Made by a program: the position numbers and the translations under genes
Assembly (NCBI GenBank): GCA_039096225.1
Contig: JBBPEB010000017.1
Location: 310,001-374,000, forward strand
Source: Blastocystis sp. Blastoise
Taxonomy: Eukaryota > Protista > Bigyra: Opalinata
Direction: 5' to 3'
Length of the DNA stretch: 64,000 bases
Notes under the pieces: generated by a model
What the model saw: the letters and a program-made list of their open reading frames with translations, nothing else
Databases searched by the model: none
What the model was told of the DNA's origin: nothing
Shown here: in pieces, positions 1 to 28,737 of the stretch
Position numbering within the stretch: position 1 is the stretch's first letter
Layout of the letters: each line of letters opens with the position of its first letter

Positions 1-21
1 ATATATCTATACCATCTATAG

Positions 22-414
22 AATTATTTCCGATCTCTTCCTCGTCCCCTTCTGTATTCTGTTACTTTTCAAGATGTCGTTAATGCAAAGATATCTGCAA
101 TGAAAGATTATAAAACACAAAGTAATATATTTTACAATTGGTGTTCTTCTTTACCTAAGGCACATCAAGATATTATTATCTTTCTCTTAGATATTATATG
201 TCAAGTATTAATGAATTATAAAGATACACAAATGAATATAGAAAGTTTCTGTGTCCTTCTTATGCCAAACTTAATGGATTTACCAATGGATGAAACTTAT
301 GTTATTACTCTACCTATTATGAAGAATATTCTTAGTGGAGTTCTCATCAATCGATTGGTCAATACGTTTAATCTTGATTTTGATTCGCTGAAAGACATGC
401 ATATATTACCGTAA
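22..414 (+). CDS. RhoGAP-domain protein, last exon (gene starts before the window)
   Basis: After AG at 20-21 it reads NYFRSLPRPLL...MNIESFCVLLMPNL, resembling the RhoGAP YFRELPxPLL and MxxxNLAxxFxPxL motifs; TAA at 412-414. Confidence 0.75.
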   Translation, partial: NYFRSLPRPLLYSVTFQDVVNAKISAMKDYKTQSNIFYNWCSSLPKAHQDIIIFLLDIICQVLMNYKDTQMNIESFCVLLMPNLMDLPMDETYVITLPIMKNILSGVLINRLVNTFNLDFDSLKDMHILP

Positions 415-1364
415 TTTAATTTTTTTTTAAATATTATTGATATAACTTATTAATTTATATACTTTTTTATGTATATTTCTATTTTTATTTGCCTATATAT
501 ATATTTATATGTATATCTATAAATATCTATAAATATTTATAAATATTTATAATTTCTATTTGCTTTATTTTTATTGTCTATCTTCTCAATAATATTATTA
601 TCAAATTCATTCTTTTTCTTTTCTTTTTTTCTCGTATTTTTATGTATCTTTTCTTTTTCTTTTTTATATCTTTTTTTATAATACTATTATTTTTATTTCC
701 ATACGTTTTTCTTACTTATTTAATAAGTTTTTCTTAATGAATTTATAAATTCATAATATATAAATCCTTCTTTTTTGTTTGTATTTTAAATTTTTTTTAA
801 TTGCTTTTTTAGAATCTTTATTTGATTCTATTATTATTTTATTTTGTTTTTCCTTCATCTAACAAACTTGAAACCACACTTTCTAGCCATTCATAATGCT
901 AAGAAAAATATATTTTGTATTATCATCAAATTATATCCCTATTCATACAAATTGATGATTCTTTTGAAGATTCTCATTTATATCAATTTTCTAAATATGC
1001 ATAATCTATAAAATAATGATATACATAATCTCAACTACTGAAATCGTATTTCAAGAAAACAAATAAAGCTAATTACAATTTGACCATATTTATAAGTGCT
1101 CACAATAGAAAATAGTTAAAGATAAAACAGTTTAGTTCACATAAAACAAATCTTTATATGATATGTGTATCAATAATTCAAATGGACAATAATTGTAGTT
1201 GTCTCATTCATATTCTCTTACTAATTTCATTACACAGATAGATAATCATGTAATTTGTATAGGAATAACAGTGTTTCTTTGCATGATTCATTAGTAATTC
1301 AATAAAAATGAAGTTTCCTATTTTATTCTTGTTTTTTTACTTATTTTTGTTTTCAATATAGAAG

Positions 1365-8056
<6,692 letters not shown>

Positions 8057-8077
8057 ATTCTATATATATAATATATA

Positions 8078-8132
<55 letters not shown>

Positions 8133-9308
8133 AACTTATTTTCTCAATTTCTTTGGTTTTAAATATATTTTTAACTTTTTCTTTTTAATGTTTTTTTTTA
8201 TTTGTGAATTTATAAATAGAATTGTATATATTATAATTGACTACTTCGTTAATAAGTCAGTATAAGATATTTTGACATTCTCAACAAATTAATTGGAGAA
8301 AAATATATAAATAATCAATCATATCTATATAAAAATAAAAAAACTCTTTATGATATAACATAATCTTATTCTTAAATTATATTATACTAAATAATATAAT
8401 GATTGTTTTATGTAACATTTTTTATATCAAATGTATTTATTCTTGGTTTGTTAATGTATGAAATCATAATCTTGTTTTTTATGGCTTAATAATATACTTA
8501 TAGAAAAATTTTTAAAATTTAAAAAAAAAAAATGTATAATTTTTATTTATTAAACATGTATACTATATAGTGTAATACTTTTTAAGCCTTGGAACGTATT
8601 ATTGAATAATTGATATTTCTGTTTAATAAACTCCACTATAACTTCAAAACGGTTTTCAATGACTCTGTGAGTCATTTTAACGTTGTAGAAAATGATTAGA
8701 GTCAAAAGAATTAATAAACAATCATATGTTTCAAAAGGTTACAAGCACGTCATAGTAGAAAATATGAAACACAGTTTTTAAAATAAAAGCTATAGTATTT
8801 TAATTTATATAAAGACAAAAGAAGAAATAGCATATAAAAGAAGTATAGAAGAGTCATTTCTCCAAGTGAAAATCCACAAATGTTGTAGAAAAAGAGAAGA
8901 TATATGGGTAAGTTTATTGATTTCTCAAAAACAAATAATCAATTTCTATTGGCTAAAAGTGAGAAAGTTAAATCACAGAAAGTTGTCACAACTTTCTATT
9001 ATCTGATAAGTACTTATTTCAACTTTCTTTCTATCATATTCAATAAATCCCCGTTGGAAATTATCATTTTTAACAAGACACAATTTTTTTAAAAGACACA
9101 ATAAAATTAGAGATATAGACAATTAAAAAATTATTGGTTAATCTAAAAATCTCGACTTTTGATTCGATAATCTCAAAAGATGACGTTTTTTGAGATATAT
9201 ATGACGCATATAGTCTTAACATCCCTCATAAAATTGTTACATTTCTTGTTTTGACATATTTATTTTGCTTTATATTTCAATAAATAATAAATAGAAATGA
9301 ATAATTTT

Positions 9309-12300
9309 ATGAAAATTTTTATTTTTATAATAAGCGTCATCAGTATATCTGTCATAATTAACTTTTTCTTTTTCAATCATCGCTGTCTTATTTTTTTCTA
9401 TATAGTTGCTGGATCTTGTCCTACTGGTGAATATGAAGTTATTCTTGAACGTCAATATGCTAATGATGATGGTGAAAAGGTAATCATTTCATCAGCTGAA
9501 TCATCGTTCCTAAGAAATAATATTGTTTTCCGTGATGAATCTGTTGCTACTCAAGATTCTAAGGTTGAATATAAAGTTTGTTTAGATGGAAATACTGATT
9601 ATTCTCTCGAATTGTCTTCAAAGTAATTCTTATTGTTGTTTTATTCAATCTATTTTTCTTATAGAGGTTCTATTGCTTGGGTTGAAGGTTCATTTGTTTC
9701 TGTGACTTATAATCAAGTTATCCTCGTTAATTCTCGTTTAAATACTGATGATAATGGAAAGAAAATCATTAAATTTAATCGTATATACATATTTTTATGT
9801 TATATCTAAATATTATTTATAGTATCGTCTCTTCTTGCTTCAAATAATAACTGGAAATATGCTACTTCTGTTGATGCTACTTCTTGGAAGGAAAATAAGA
9901 TAGACGAATTTGGTGAAGAATATAAGAATAAAGAAATAAAGAATGCTGGTTCTAGTGTTTATTTTAGAAAGGATATAACTGTAGATAACTCTTTTGCTGT
10001 TCTTCAAATTGCTGTTCAAAGTCAAAGTGGATTTATTGTTTATGTTAATGGAATTAAAGCGTATACTTATGTATTACCTCAGTATGTTTAATTTATTATA
10101 TATATATATATTATTTATACATATTTTATATCGCTATTTTATATATTTATTTTATTTATATCTATTTTATTTATAGATCTTCAAAAATCAATGAAAATAC
10201 TCCTTCTCAATCTCTTGAAGATATTTCTGCTTATAAACAGTATGTATATCTTATTAACAGTACTCTAAAATATATATAGTATTATCGTTCCTAAAGAATT
10301 ACTTACTTCCTCTGTTTCTCTTACTACATTAAAAATAGCTATTGAATTACATAATACTGCTGATCATCCTGAACTTCTTTCTTCTTTTGATGTTCTCACT
10401 TATATTACGAATTCTAAAGGTATATATATACACAAAAATACATTAACATTATATATATTATAGATTCTATGGATACCCTCTCTATGCTTGCTTCTAGAAG
10501 ATTAGCTGATATTCCTCAATATACTATGAATGCCTTTGAAGAGAATCAATCTATTGATTTCTCTGCTGAATTATCTCTTTCATTATCGAATTGTGTTCTA
10601 TCTACTTTTTTACCTACTGGTTTAACTCTATCTTCTAATTGTATTCTTTCTGGTACTCCTAAACAAGTTAAATCTGCTAAATATACTCTTTCTTATACTG
10701 ATGATGAAGATGGTAGTTCTTCAAATACTTATATATTTAATCTTCAAATATTATGTAATCGTATTAGTTGTTCACATATACGTGTTAATAGAGTGACTAA
10801 AGTTCTTGGTTCCACAGAAGCAGTTATAATTAGATCAGAAGACGGAGATGAAGTATCTACTTTAATTCAAAATGATAATTCAAACAAGAATTATGATTAC
10901 TATGGTCCTGTAGGTAGTTGGTCATTTGAATTAATAAAAGATACTAGTGGTGCTTGGAGTGATGACTCAATTATGACAGTATATGTTATAGATGATATTA
11001 GTAGTACATCTATTGCTGCTACTAAAATGAGAACTATATATAAGTCTCCTGAAATATATTATGTTAATACTAATTATTCTATGTTAATGAAATCTCAATG
11101 GAAATATAATACGTATAATTCTTTACCTACAGCATGGTATGGATCTTCTATTGATGATTCTTCTTGGTCTGCTATTAATGGTGGTACTGCTATTACTTCT
11201 CCTGGTGCTAATCAATATTTTATATTCCGTAAAACTATTAATACTCCTTCTATTGCTAATCAAAAATACTTTATATTAAGTTATAAAACAGTATCAAACT
11301 CAAAGATCTATATAAATAATCATGAACTTGCTGTAAATGGATTTAAAAATGGTTATACAGATTCAACAGATGCTTCTACTATTATAGAACAAACAGCATC
11401 AGGTCCTCTCTCTCTATTTGACAATCAAGAAACTATTACCATTTCTGTGTTACTATATGATAAACAACATACTATTGATATAACTTTTGATGCTTCTCTT
11501 CTTATGGTTGTCGATACTAATCTTCCAGTTTATGGTGATTATACTGTGACAGTTACTAATCAAGCATACGATATTAATCCTGATTATGTTGTAGACTTGA
11601 ATATTAATTCATATACACTTATATCAAGTATATCAAATAGTATAAACCCTGTATTATCAATAAAAACTAAAGATGGATATAAGTATTTCAATAGATATTG
11701 TATAACTTATCCTAGTAGTGATCCTTTGTATGCTCCAACATCATGGACAGTGGAATCTATAGATATAAATGGTGTTCGTCATGAACACTCAGTTGTAGCG
11801 GATGCATTTAATTCTCATAGTTCTACAAGAAGATGTTTCTTCTTATCTGATGTTACTACAGGAATCAATAAATTAGAATTTACATTAACAAATAATATGA
11901 ATAATAAAGCTGAATATTATTATATATCTGAAATTGAATTATTCGTAGATTATATTACTTCTGATACAATACCTTCTTTATCTACTTCTTCTAATCCTTA
12001 TTATGCTTATGATAATACAACTATATCTATATCATTTACTAATTCAGATTATTATCATGATTTTACTATTACTCCTTCTCTTCCTGATGGATTAGTTTTT
12101 GATACTAATTCCGGATCTATAAATGGTATTATTCATGGAGAAAATGGTAATACTGATTATACTATACATGCTACATCTGTAATTGGTACTCCATATGAAT
12201 ATGCATTAACTATTCATATTCAATCATGCCAATTTCCTAATAATTTTGTTAACATCCAATCAGAATATGAACAACAAGCTATTTACAAGATTGAAATAAT

Positions 12301-15300
12301 AAATAGTTTTCTGTATACAACAATTTTAAGTATTTATCATATCTATGAAAAAAGTTCAGAAGACTATAATATGTGTTTATCTCCATTTAAATATTACTTA
12401 CGTATGTCAACACTATCTGGACAATCTAATTCAGTATCTCATGTGTATGTCAATAATGTTTATTATAGTGAATTTAATCAGAATAAGGCTGTATTTTTAA
12501 TTTTTATGCAATACGCTGATTCATCCAAGATGCCTCTTGTTTATTCTTATGATAATATAACTCCTCCTAAGCATTGGAATACATTATTATTTAATGATAA
12601 TCTATGGTCTACTGTTCCTTCTACTTCTTCTCTTCCTGATGTTCCTAGTGATAGTATTACTCAATATTATAGAATACATTATCCTATCGAAAAACTAATA
12701 GATAAAAGTTTAAAATTAGATATAACTGTATCTACCTATGCTGGTATAATTATATATATGAATGGTTATGAAGTAAGAAGAGTAAATATGGATAATGGTG
12801 ATAATGTCGAATATAATACATTAGCTACCTCTGAATATAGTGAATATAAATCATTTAAATCTGTTATCAGTACTGCTATTGATCCAAGAATACGTCTTAT
12901 GGGTGATAATATTATTGCTATTGAAATACACAAATATAATAACATTATTCAACCAAAGAATGGACTTTCTATAACAGTGGAATCTACTAGTCTAAGTGAT
13001 TCACCAATAAAAGGTTCATGGTCTGTTAATGGTGAAACAGATCCTGATTATCCGTTAAGTAATATAGAAGATTATAGTTCAACTTCATATACAGAAGTAC
13101 TTAATAAATGTTCAAATACTATATTCACATATACATATAATGATGAAGTATGTATAGAAACAGACAAGATCTATATATATTATAAGCATGATATGAGTGT
13201 ATCCTATAGTCCTGTCACTGGTGTAATAGAAGGAACTAATAATAATGGTTCACAATGGAATGAACTTTCTACAGTGGATGAAATCAGTATGAATCGACAA
13301 TATTTTAGTAGTTTTTATTTAAATGAATGTTATAATTCATATCGTTTGAGAATTACAAAATGTGGAACAGATCCAGATATATCTGAAAGTGAAAATGAAA
13401 GTATGACTATTGTAAATGATCTAATATTTTCTGTTTCTGGAACTTTTTGTGAAGATAATGAATGGTCTGGAGCTAGAGCGAATCAATATTCTTATAAGAT
13501 TTGTCCTAAAGGATATACCAGTGATGCTAAACGTGTATGTACAAGTGGTACATTACAAACAATTGAAGGTGATGAAACATGTATAAAGAAGAATCCATCT
13601 GAATTATTTATTGAACAAACAAATATTATTATTAAAAAGAATGATTTCTATGAACAATATTATACAATAGATAGTGTTGATACTGTTATAACAAGTTCTC
13701 CTACTCTTCCTGAAGGTATTATGATAGATTCTGCAACTCAAAGAATTTATGGTACTCCTACTATTCCATCTCCTCCTACTACTTATACTCTCTCTTATAC
13801 AAATAGTGAAGGTGCTACTGTAGACTTATCTCAAATTTCTATAACAGTTACACGTTCATCATGTTTACCTGATAATAATTGGCTAGAAACTAATCTTGAA
13901 ACTACTGTTTCTCTTCCTTGTCCTACTGGATATACTGGTAATCAACATAGATTTTGTAATATTTTGGCTGAATGGGAAGAACCTGATTTGAGTGAATGTA
14001 TATTTAGTTCTACTCCTTGTACTGGTACTACTTATTATAATGGTAATGAATGTGTAGAATGTGAAAATGGTATTACTAGCTCTCTTAATGGAAATAATTA
14101 TATATGTACTCCTTGTGAAGAAGGTGCATATGTATATAAGAATAAATGTTTTAATCATTTATATTGTGAAGCTGATGGAAATTGGCCTCAAACGAATCCT
14201 GAAACTACTGCTAAGAAATCATGTCCATTCTTATATAAAGGAGATATTACTAGATATTGTAATGATAATATGTTATGGGAAGAAGAAGATAATAGTAATT
14301 GTATAGAACTTGCTCCTTGTACTGGCACTACTTATCTTAGTGGTACTGAATGCGTAGAATGTAATGGTATTGTTACAGTTGAAAATGGTAAAAATATTGC
14401 ATGTACTCCTTGTGGAGATGATGAATACTTCTATAATGGCAAATGTTTATCCAGTAATATTGTTTGTTCTGCTAAGAGTAATGGATTCGTAACATTCCCA
14501 GAAACAAAAGTAGGTAGAAAAGCAGCTATAAAGTGTTCAAATGATGATCAATTTGGTTATTATTATGTTTTATGTGATTATATATCTGGAGTACCTACTT
14601 GGTCAAATGAAGTTAATAAAGAAAATTGCTGTATATAATTTTTTTATTTAATGTATAATTTTTTTTATTTAATATATATATATTTTTATTTATTATATAA
14701 TTTTTTTTATTTATTATATAAAGTTTTTATTTATTATATAAAGTTTTTATTTATTATATAAAGTTTTTATTTATTATATAAAGTTTTTATTTATTATATA
14801 AAGTTTTTATTTATTATATAAAGTTTTTATTTATTATATAAAGTTTTTATTTATTATATAAAGTTTTTATTTATTATATAAAGTTTTTATTTATTATATA
14901 AAGTTTTTATTTATTATATAAAGTTTTTATTTATTATATAAAGTTTTTATTTATTATATAAAGTTTTTATTTATTATATAAAGTTTTTATTTATTATATA
15001 AATTTTTCTCTATTGATATATAAAGTTTAATTATATATATAATATTCTATAGATCCTAGACCTTCTACTGAATCTGGAAAAGGATTACAACTTGTTGATT
15101 ATACATTTGATTTAAATACTTGTCCTGGCGATATCTCAGATTTACTTATTCCTTATGCAAGAACATTTATTCAAACCTATCCTTTTGAATTAACAGATCT
15201 AAAAATTGCTGCTAATTATGATTTAGATGTATATATATATATTATATAATAATAATTATTACTATATTTATAACTATTATTTAGACATGTAACACTCTCC

Positions 15301-15914
15301 CTCTTCAAGTATATTATGGTACAAATATAGAGATATATGATTATGCTACTTATAAACAAAAATTATTTATTAAACACGTAGCTGCTTCAACATCAAACAT
15401 TCAAGAATCTTCTTCTTCACTTGATAATAAGAAATGCTATTTATATGATTCTGAAAGTGGTTGTCAACATCTTCAAGAAGGTTATCAAATCATTCCTGCT
15501 AATAGTTATCATTCTGATACATATTTCTGTAAACAATATCAATTAAAATATATTTCAATGCCTGTAAGATCTTTTGATATTTCGAATACTAATATATATA
15601 TTCTTGGAATAACAATTGATAAAATGGAAAATTCTTGGGTTGATCCTGAAAATATTGCTGCTGTTTATAAATCTATTATTGCTTCTATTGATCTTCCTCT
15701 AAAACAATTACAATTAATTGATACAACTTCAAACACATTAAGTAAATTACTTAGTTTCTCATTCTATATTGCTTTCCCTGAACAAATTGAGATTAATTCT
15801 GATACTTTAGATACTCATATTAATATTTCATTATTAAAGGAGCAAATCAAGACTATTCTTACATTTGAAAATTCGGAAATTTTATCTCAATTACATCATT
15901 TCAAAAGTATATAA
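9309..15914 (+). CDS. Giant secreted/surface protein: Ig-like (He_PIG-type), discoidin/F5-8-like, HRM-like and Cys-rich repeats; no clear C-terminal TM
   Basis: Signal-like MKIFIFIISVI, split by an intron; LPxGL...GxIxGTP Ig-like motifs; CxxxxxWPxT...CP...GxxxRxC...WxxxxxxxC HRM repeats; 4.2-kb central exon; TAA at 15912-15914. Confidence 0.8.
14700..15000. repeat. Intronic 20-bp minisatellite (AAGTTTTTATTTATTATATA) x~14
   Basis: Perfect head-to-tail copies with no spacers, inside the intron at ~14631-15052. Confidence 0.95.
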
Positions 15915-17996
15915 TGAATAACTGATCCCTCTATTATTATTAGATATATATTATACTTATTTAATAATAATATATAACTATTTATTTTTATATATATTTG
16001 ATAATATACTTTTTTTGTATTATATATTTATTTTATAAATCTATATTTTTTCTTAATTGCTTATATACTATTATTATTATTAATATTTTTTTTCACTCTA
16101 TTATATTATTTTTATTTTTATTGATATACTTTTTATTATAAAATAACTATGTTACTATAATGGTTATAAATAATAATTATATTATAATTTAATCTGTTTT
16201 TAAATATTATTGCGAACTGTTTATAACAATTTCTTTATATATATAATTATTGACTATATATAGCAATATATATTATTATGTTTTTTTCTCATGTATTTAT
16301 TTTTTATTTCATATTTTTTGTATACTCTTATTCTTATTCTTCTTATTATTATTATTTACATGAATATACATAATACTATTTATTTTTTTTGCTACTATTA
16401 TTATTCTTAAATACCTATATCTCATTCATGATATATATGATATTTATATAATTGATACATATAATGATTATCAAGTACCGAAATCATTCTTTCTTGATAT
16501 TTTTCTATTCCTATTACTATTAATATTAAATTATTCAAAGTGTTTGTTTTGTTAGTTATTATTCATTAACGAGAATTATTGTAATGATGAAATTTAACAA
16601 TAGATTTCGTTTATGTAAGGAACAAATATTGCATTCGTTATATATATAATTGTTATACTATAAAACTTTCTTTATTTTAAATAATAATGAAATTGATTCT
16701 TTATAATATAACTTTGTTAAAAGAAATAAAATTTTAGATACATATCATCTATTCACAAAATATTCTTGAGAATTGAAATAAAATGATTTTATTGTTAGTG
16801 AATGAAAGAATAAATACTAGATATATAAACTATACTTTTTAAAGTATATAACATTTTCTTTTATAATTAATATGTGATATTTATGAATATTAAGGATATC
16901 AAAAAATCATGTAATAAATAAAAAACTATTTCACTTTATATATCAGAAAATTTATTATAAAAATATTATACTATAATTATAAATGAAATTATATATAAGT
17001 TTATGTATTTAGACAAAATATTAATACATAAATAATATGTGGAATAGAACAATATAATACATGAAATTTAAACTTATATATATCGAAGAATATTGGTCAT
17101 ACTTTTTCTGTTACTATTCTATATAAAACATTAATGACTCATATAATGTACTTTTCAAAATCGCAGTCGCTTTTCTTTTTTACGTGAATCATCACTATTA
17201 TAATCTCTAAACTTTTTGAAATACATAATTGACGCAATTAATATATTTATCATATCAAGTTTCATTAATATTATTTATTTAATATTATAAATAAATTACA
17301 ATTTACTTAGAACCTGCTAATACTAATAAATTCAGTAATATTGAAGAAAATGAAGATCATTCAACTACTAGATACTCATAAAGTGTTTTGTCACAGTACT
17401 CATTGTACAGAAAACAGTAAGAAGATGCCTAATATTTTCAAAACATAAAAGAGTCCTCTTGACATAGTAAATTCTCGAATCATCGAAATATATGAGTTTT
17501 CATTTATTTATACCAGTGGTATTGATATAGAAAGATCAATGAATCATATATTCACAATAAAAACTCAGCCTTGATGCTTTTTGCACGATAGTATTCTTAA
17601 TTTACTTATGATATATACGTTTTTAATATCATATGCATGTAATATATTACGATTAACTTAATTTTATGCATTTAAAAAGAAATTATTTTCTTAAACTCAT
17701 TGTTTCTTCTCTCTACTTTTATCAAAAAGAAGATTTTATAACTATAAACAATGAAACGATATATTTATAAATGATTTAATTCTTCATCTTATCTAAAGTC
17801 TTCATAATTATAACAACTAATGAAGAGACTGAATATGTAAAGAAACAGGAAACTACTCTGTTTTTTAAGAATTTTTAAGTTATATTTATGGGAAAATCAG
17901 ATAAAACAGCGGAAAAAAGAAAATACTTTTTTAAAAGAAAAGTTTGGTCCTTTCTTATTTCTCAGTATTATTCGTAGTGAATAAAAAGCTGTTACG

Positions 17997-21525
<3,529 letters not shown>

Positions 21526-22019
21526 TATTTTTATAGTATTTAATTATTTGAAAAATATTATTTCTTTTAATTAAATTATATATTTGTGATTCCAATTTTG
21601 ATTTTTGCTCCTTGTTTCATATATAATTATATTATGACAACTTCTTATTATTCTTATTCTATGTGTTTTCTTTTCATTTCATTGTAATTTCTTTTTTTTT
21701 GCTTAAAGATTTATTTATTAATATTTCTGTTTAATATACTAATTGATTTGTTAAGATTTCTATTTTAATTCTATGATCCACTATTGTTTTTGACTGATTG
21801 TATTACATATTTTTATTGACAATTGTTCATTGTATTCTTTATTTTAAAATTCAGAAGCATCATGTAGCATATTCGATAATAAGAACTTATTTTTAAATTA
21901 AAACAAAACAGCAATCAAATTTTAATCCTAAAAGCGAAGAGATGTCTATTTGGAACAGAAATCGCTGAATATATTTCCAGCAAAATTTCAACAGTTTTTA
22001 TTTTATTTTGTCATTAATT

Positions 22020-23716
22020 ATGGGTAGGTTTCAAGAGTTAATACATTCATATCCACCAACAACATTATCATTCACTGTTCTATGTATTGGACTATATATC
22101 CTTTCATTTTTTATTCCTTTACAAAATTATATGGTTTTTTGCCCTTTTATGTTCTGGAATGGATATCATATATACACACTTTTCACATTCCCATATATAC
22201 ACTTGGATATGATGCACATTCTATTCAATATGATGACGCTTAGGTCTATAGGTGTTTATTTGGAATCTATGTTTGGAAGCATTCTTTTTGGTTATCTAAT
22301 GGTTCTTTTTGGAATTTTAGGATCTATTATTTATGCTATTGTTGGCTATTTTGCAAATATGTATATAATACAAAAGAATTATTTCAACTATTATTTCTAG
22401 TTCTTGTGTTGGCGGTTTTTCTGGAGTTCTTTTTTCACTAGTTACTATTGACTGTTTTTTATCTCAAGAAGAACAACGATCGTATAGCTTTTTGTATATT
22501 TGTTATATATATATAGTTTATATGGATTATGGAATGTGTCAACTCAGTGGTATCCTGTTTATCTTCTTATTATTATTCAAGTATATATTATTAATTGTTT
22601 TATTTATTTTTATATTTCTACTTGTCAATAATAATAATAAATTAATAACAAAAATAAAATATAAAAAATAATAATAAAAGTAATAATAATATACTTATAG
22701 ATCTTATGTCCTAATGTAAGTTTCATTGGTCATTTATCAGGTTTAATTGTTGGATTCTTGTATTCTATTGGCTTATTTGATTCACTTGTACCAATGAAAT
22801 TACTTAAACGTATTGAAAACAGTAAAATAGGAGATATAATGAAACATAATCATCATTTTGTATATAGTTTTTTAGAAATATATTATTATGTTATTATATA
22901 TTTATATATTTATTTAATTAATATAAAATAATAATACTATACTAAACTCTTATTATTCAATTAATTCTATACTATATATATATAATAATAATAATACTTA
23001 TTATTATCCTTTTTAGACCCCTATGCCTGCGTATCTTCCTTATATAAATAATGCTCCTTCTGTTTCTCTTAAATGTAAGGCAATCAGCTCTCTCTTGAAA
23101 AGAATGGCCTATACAGCGTTCTGTACTGCTAAAACCGTGGGAATATTCATGTATAATTATATATATCCTGAAGTTGAAAATAATGAGAATCACACAACTG
23201 GATCCAATACTTTAGTATATATGTATTATTATATCTATTCTATATATTACTATATATATATTGTTATGTCTATTCTATATATTACTATATATATATATTG
23301 CTATATCTATTTTATATATTACTATATATATATATATAGGTAGAAACAACATATAATATTGATGGAGATCGATTAGAATCGTATATATATATATAATCTT
23401 AATTCATGTATTATTCTCTTTCTAATATACTTTCTCACTCTCTTGTTATAATCCTTCTCTAACTACTTATTTATAATTTCTTCTAATCCCCCTCTAAATA
23501 CATATCTATAATCCCCCTCTAAATACATATCTATAATTCCCCTTTAATCAATCTTTAATCCCCTTCTAATTATGTAGAACGGAAAGTCAAACAGTACGTC
23601 CTTCTATTGAAGAAGTTCGAAAGCTTCGAATAGAACGCCTTAGGAAATCTGAACAAATATCGAAAGATAAAGAGCAGAAGGATATAACTACAGATATTGA
23701 ACAAGGATTACTATAA
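22020..23716 (+). CDS. Rhomboid protease, RHBDD1/RBL-like, catalytic residues intact
   Basis: HLDMMHILFNM, LESMFGS, GFSGVLF (catalytic Ser), SFIGHLSG (catalytic His); 7 exons. Confidence 0.85.
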
Positions 23717-24431
23717 TTATATATATATTCATTCATTTTATTTATTCTCCTATTTATATACTTATCAGAAACTATATATTACCTAAATTCATCCATTCAA
23801 AATATAGATATATATATTATTCTATTATTAATATTCTTATAAAAATACATATAAATCTTATTCTCTAGTAAAACATTTTTGTTTATTATATATATATATA
23901 TATATTATATTTGCTGTTATTTTTATTTTTATTTTATTCGAAATATCTTTATAAATATGTGTTACTTATATAAAAATATTTATATTCTTCTTATAAACAC
24001 CTTTTACATGTAGTTTTATCGCTGTTTAAACAAGTTGTATTTTTTACAATAATATATGTTTTGTTTTCATAAAAATAATAATTTGTTTTTATACAATAAT
24101 CAACAAGACTGTTATAATTCTGAACTATTTAAAGCTTGAACCATTTTTTATTAGTTATTTTAACGTTTTTTCTTTCGATTTATCATAAAAGATACAATAA
24201 CTCATAGTGAATGCAAAACAATGATATGAATAACAATAGGTATTCATATAAAATAGAGACAGAAAGTATAGTATTGCACAAATAAAAAATATAAACAAAA
24301 AAATAGAAAATCAAAAAGTGAATTATATAGTTTATGATAACATAATATAATATTGTTTAGAATGATTTGAGAAAGGTCATAACTATTAAAAAAGAAAGAA
24401 GAATAATATATATATGTATAATAAATAATAT

Positions 24432-24876
24432 TTATTCCTGTTCTTCAGTTATAGTACGTTTTGTTGTTCGTGTCATTGTCCACGTGCCACCACACTTAGG
24501 GCACGTGCTTATGTTTCTCTTTTGATAATTTGTAGCACACCTCGTGTGTAAACGCGCGCCACATTCGTCATGAGGACATAATACACCCTATAGTATAATA
24601 TGTATAGTAAGTATAATAATAAAAATGATATATGTTATAATAATAAACAAAATAAACACTAACATAATAATAATAATAAACAAAATAAACATAATAAAAA
24701 CATAAGCATAATAATAAACAATAAACACTAACAAAAACATAAATATATACAGTAAGAACGCTATCATGGCATAATTGACATTCTTGTACTTCTAATTGGT
24801 CTAACCATTGGTGTAATTCGAGGAATGCACGTGCTCCAAGATCAACATAATCATAGGATGTCTTTAAATAATAAAC

Positions 24877-24926
<50 letters not shown>

Positions 24927-24948
24927 GATAATAATAATTATAATAAAG

Positions 24949-24979
<31 letters not shown>

Positions 24980-25669
24980 CAATAATAATAATAACAATAA
25001 TAATATTATAATATATACTTGAACCCAGTTTCCAGAAATTAATTCTTTTAATATAGATATTATTTTCTAGATATATATATATAATATAGCTAAATTACAA
25101 TACATATATATATAAGAATATATACTGGTCTTTCTATAGTACATTGTGTCTCTAATTGGTCTACTATCTCATCCTGAGTATATAACTCACTTCTATATAT
25201 ATATAGTAAATAATCTTTAATAATAATAATAATACTTACGAATCTCTTAGAGTGATAATTAGAGCTTTTAAAACAATTACTGTTCTATAAATAGAATCAA
25301 ATAACAATAGACTTAAAATATATAAATTTACTCTTTATCAAAAGGAGTTGTAAGCTTTGAGATAGCGTCATTAGTCTACACATCAAGAAATAGTTATCAT
25401 ATAAAATAAGAATATACTTTATTATGAAAAGCATAGTAGATCTCTCGATCACCTCGAAATTCACCTATCTGAAATCCATAGGGTCTCATAGCAGAATTAA
25501 CAGTTTCTATAACTTGTTCTACAGGATCAGTTCGATGATACTGTTTACATAATAGAGGATACATATTCGTCATCAAATCACGTTCACTATATGTATTTTT
25601 CGCAATGAAATATTGAATAAAAGCTCGATGAAAGTCGGTATATGTGTCATTTGCAGTATCTTCACTCAT
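24432..25669 (-). CDS. NSMCE1: SMC5/6 subunit Nse1 (winged helix + RING-like)
   Basis: HRAFIQYF, LGARAFLEL and C-terminal CQLC...CPHDECGARLHTRC...CPKCGGTW. Confidence 0.9.
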
Positions 25670-25838
25670 GATAAATGCTTAAATAAAGTATATGAATCCT
25701 CTTTTATTGAAAAATGATCTTTTTGAATGTTTTTATTTATTTATGGGAAAATATTATTTTTGTGAGCAAACTTTTTCGTAAAAACCTAACATAATTGATT
25801 GAAGACCTTTCTTAATTCATGAAGTGAAAAAAAAGAAT
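25670..25838. promoter_or_regulatory. Probable bidirectional promoter between NSE1 and NADK
   Basis: Head-to-head ATGs only 169 bp apart. Confidence 0.5.

Positions 25839-28737
<2,899 letters not shown>

Noticed and set aside
14700-15000. CRISPR-like regular array
   Set aside because: Identical contiguous 20-mers with no spacers, inside a eukaryotic intron; no cas genes.
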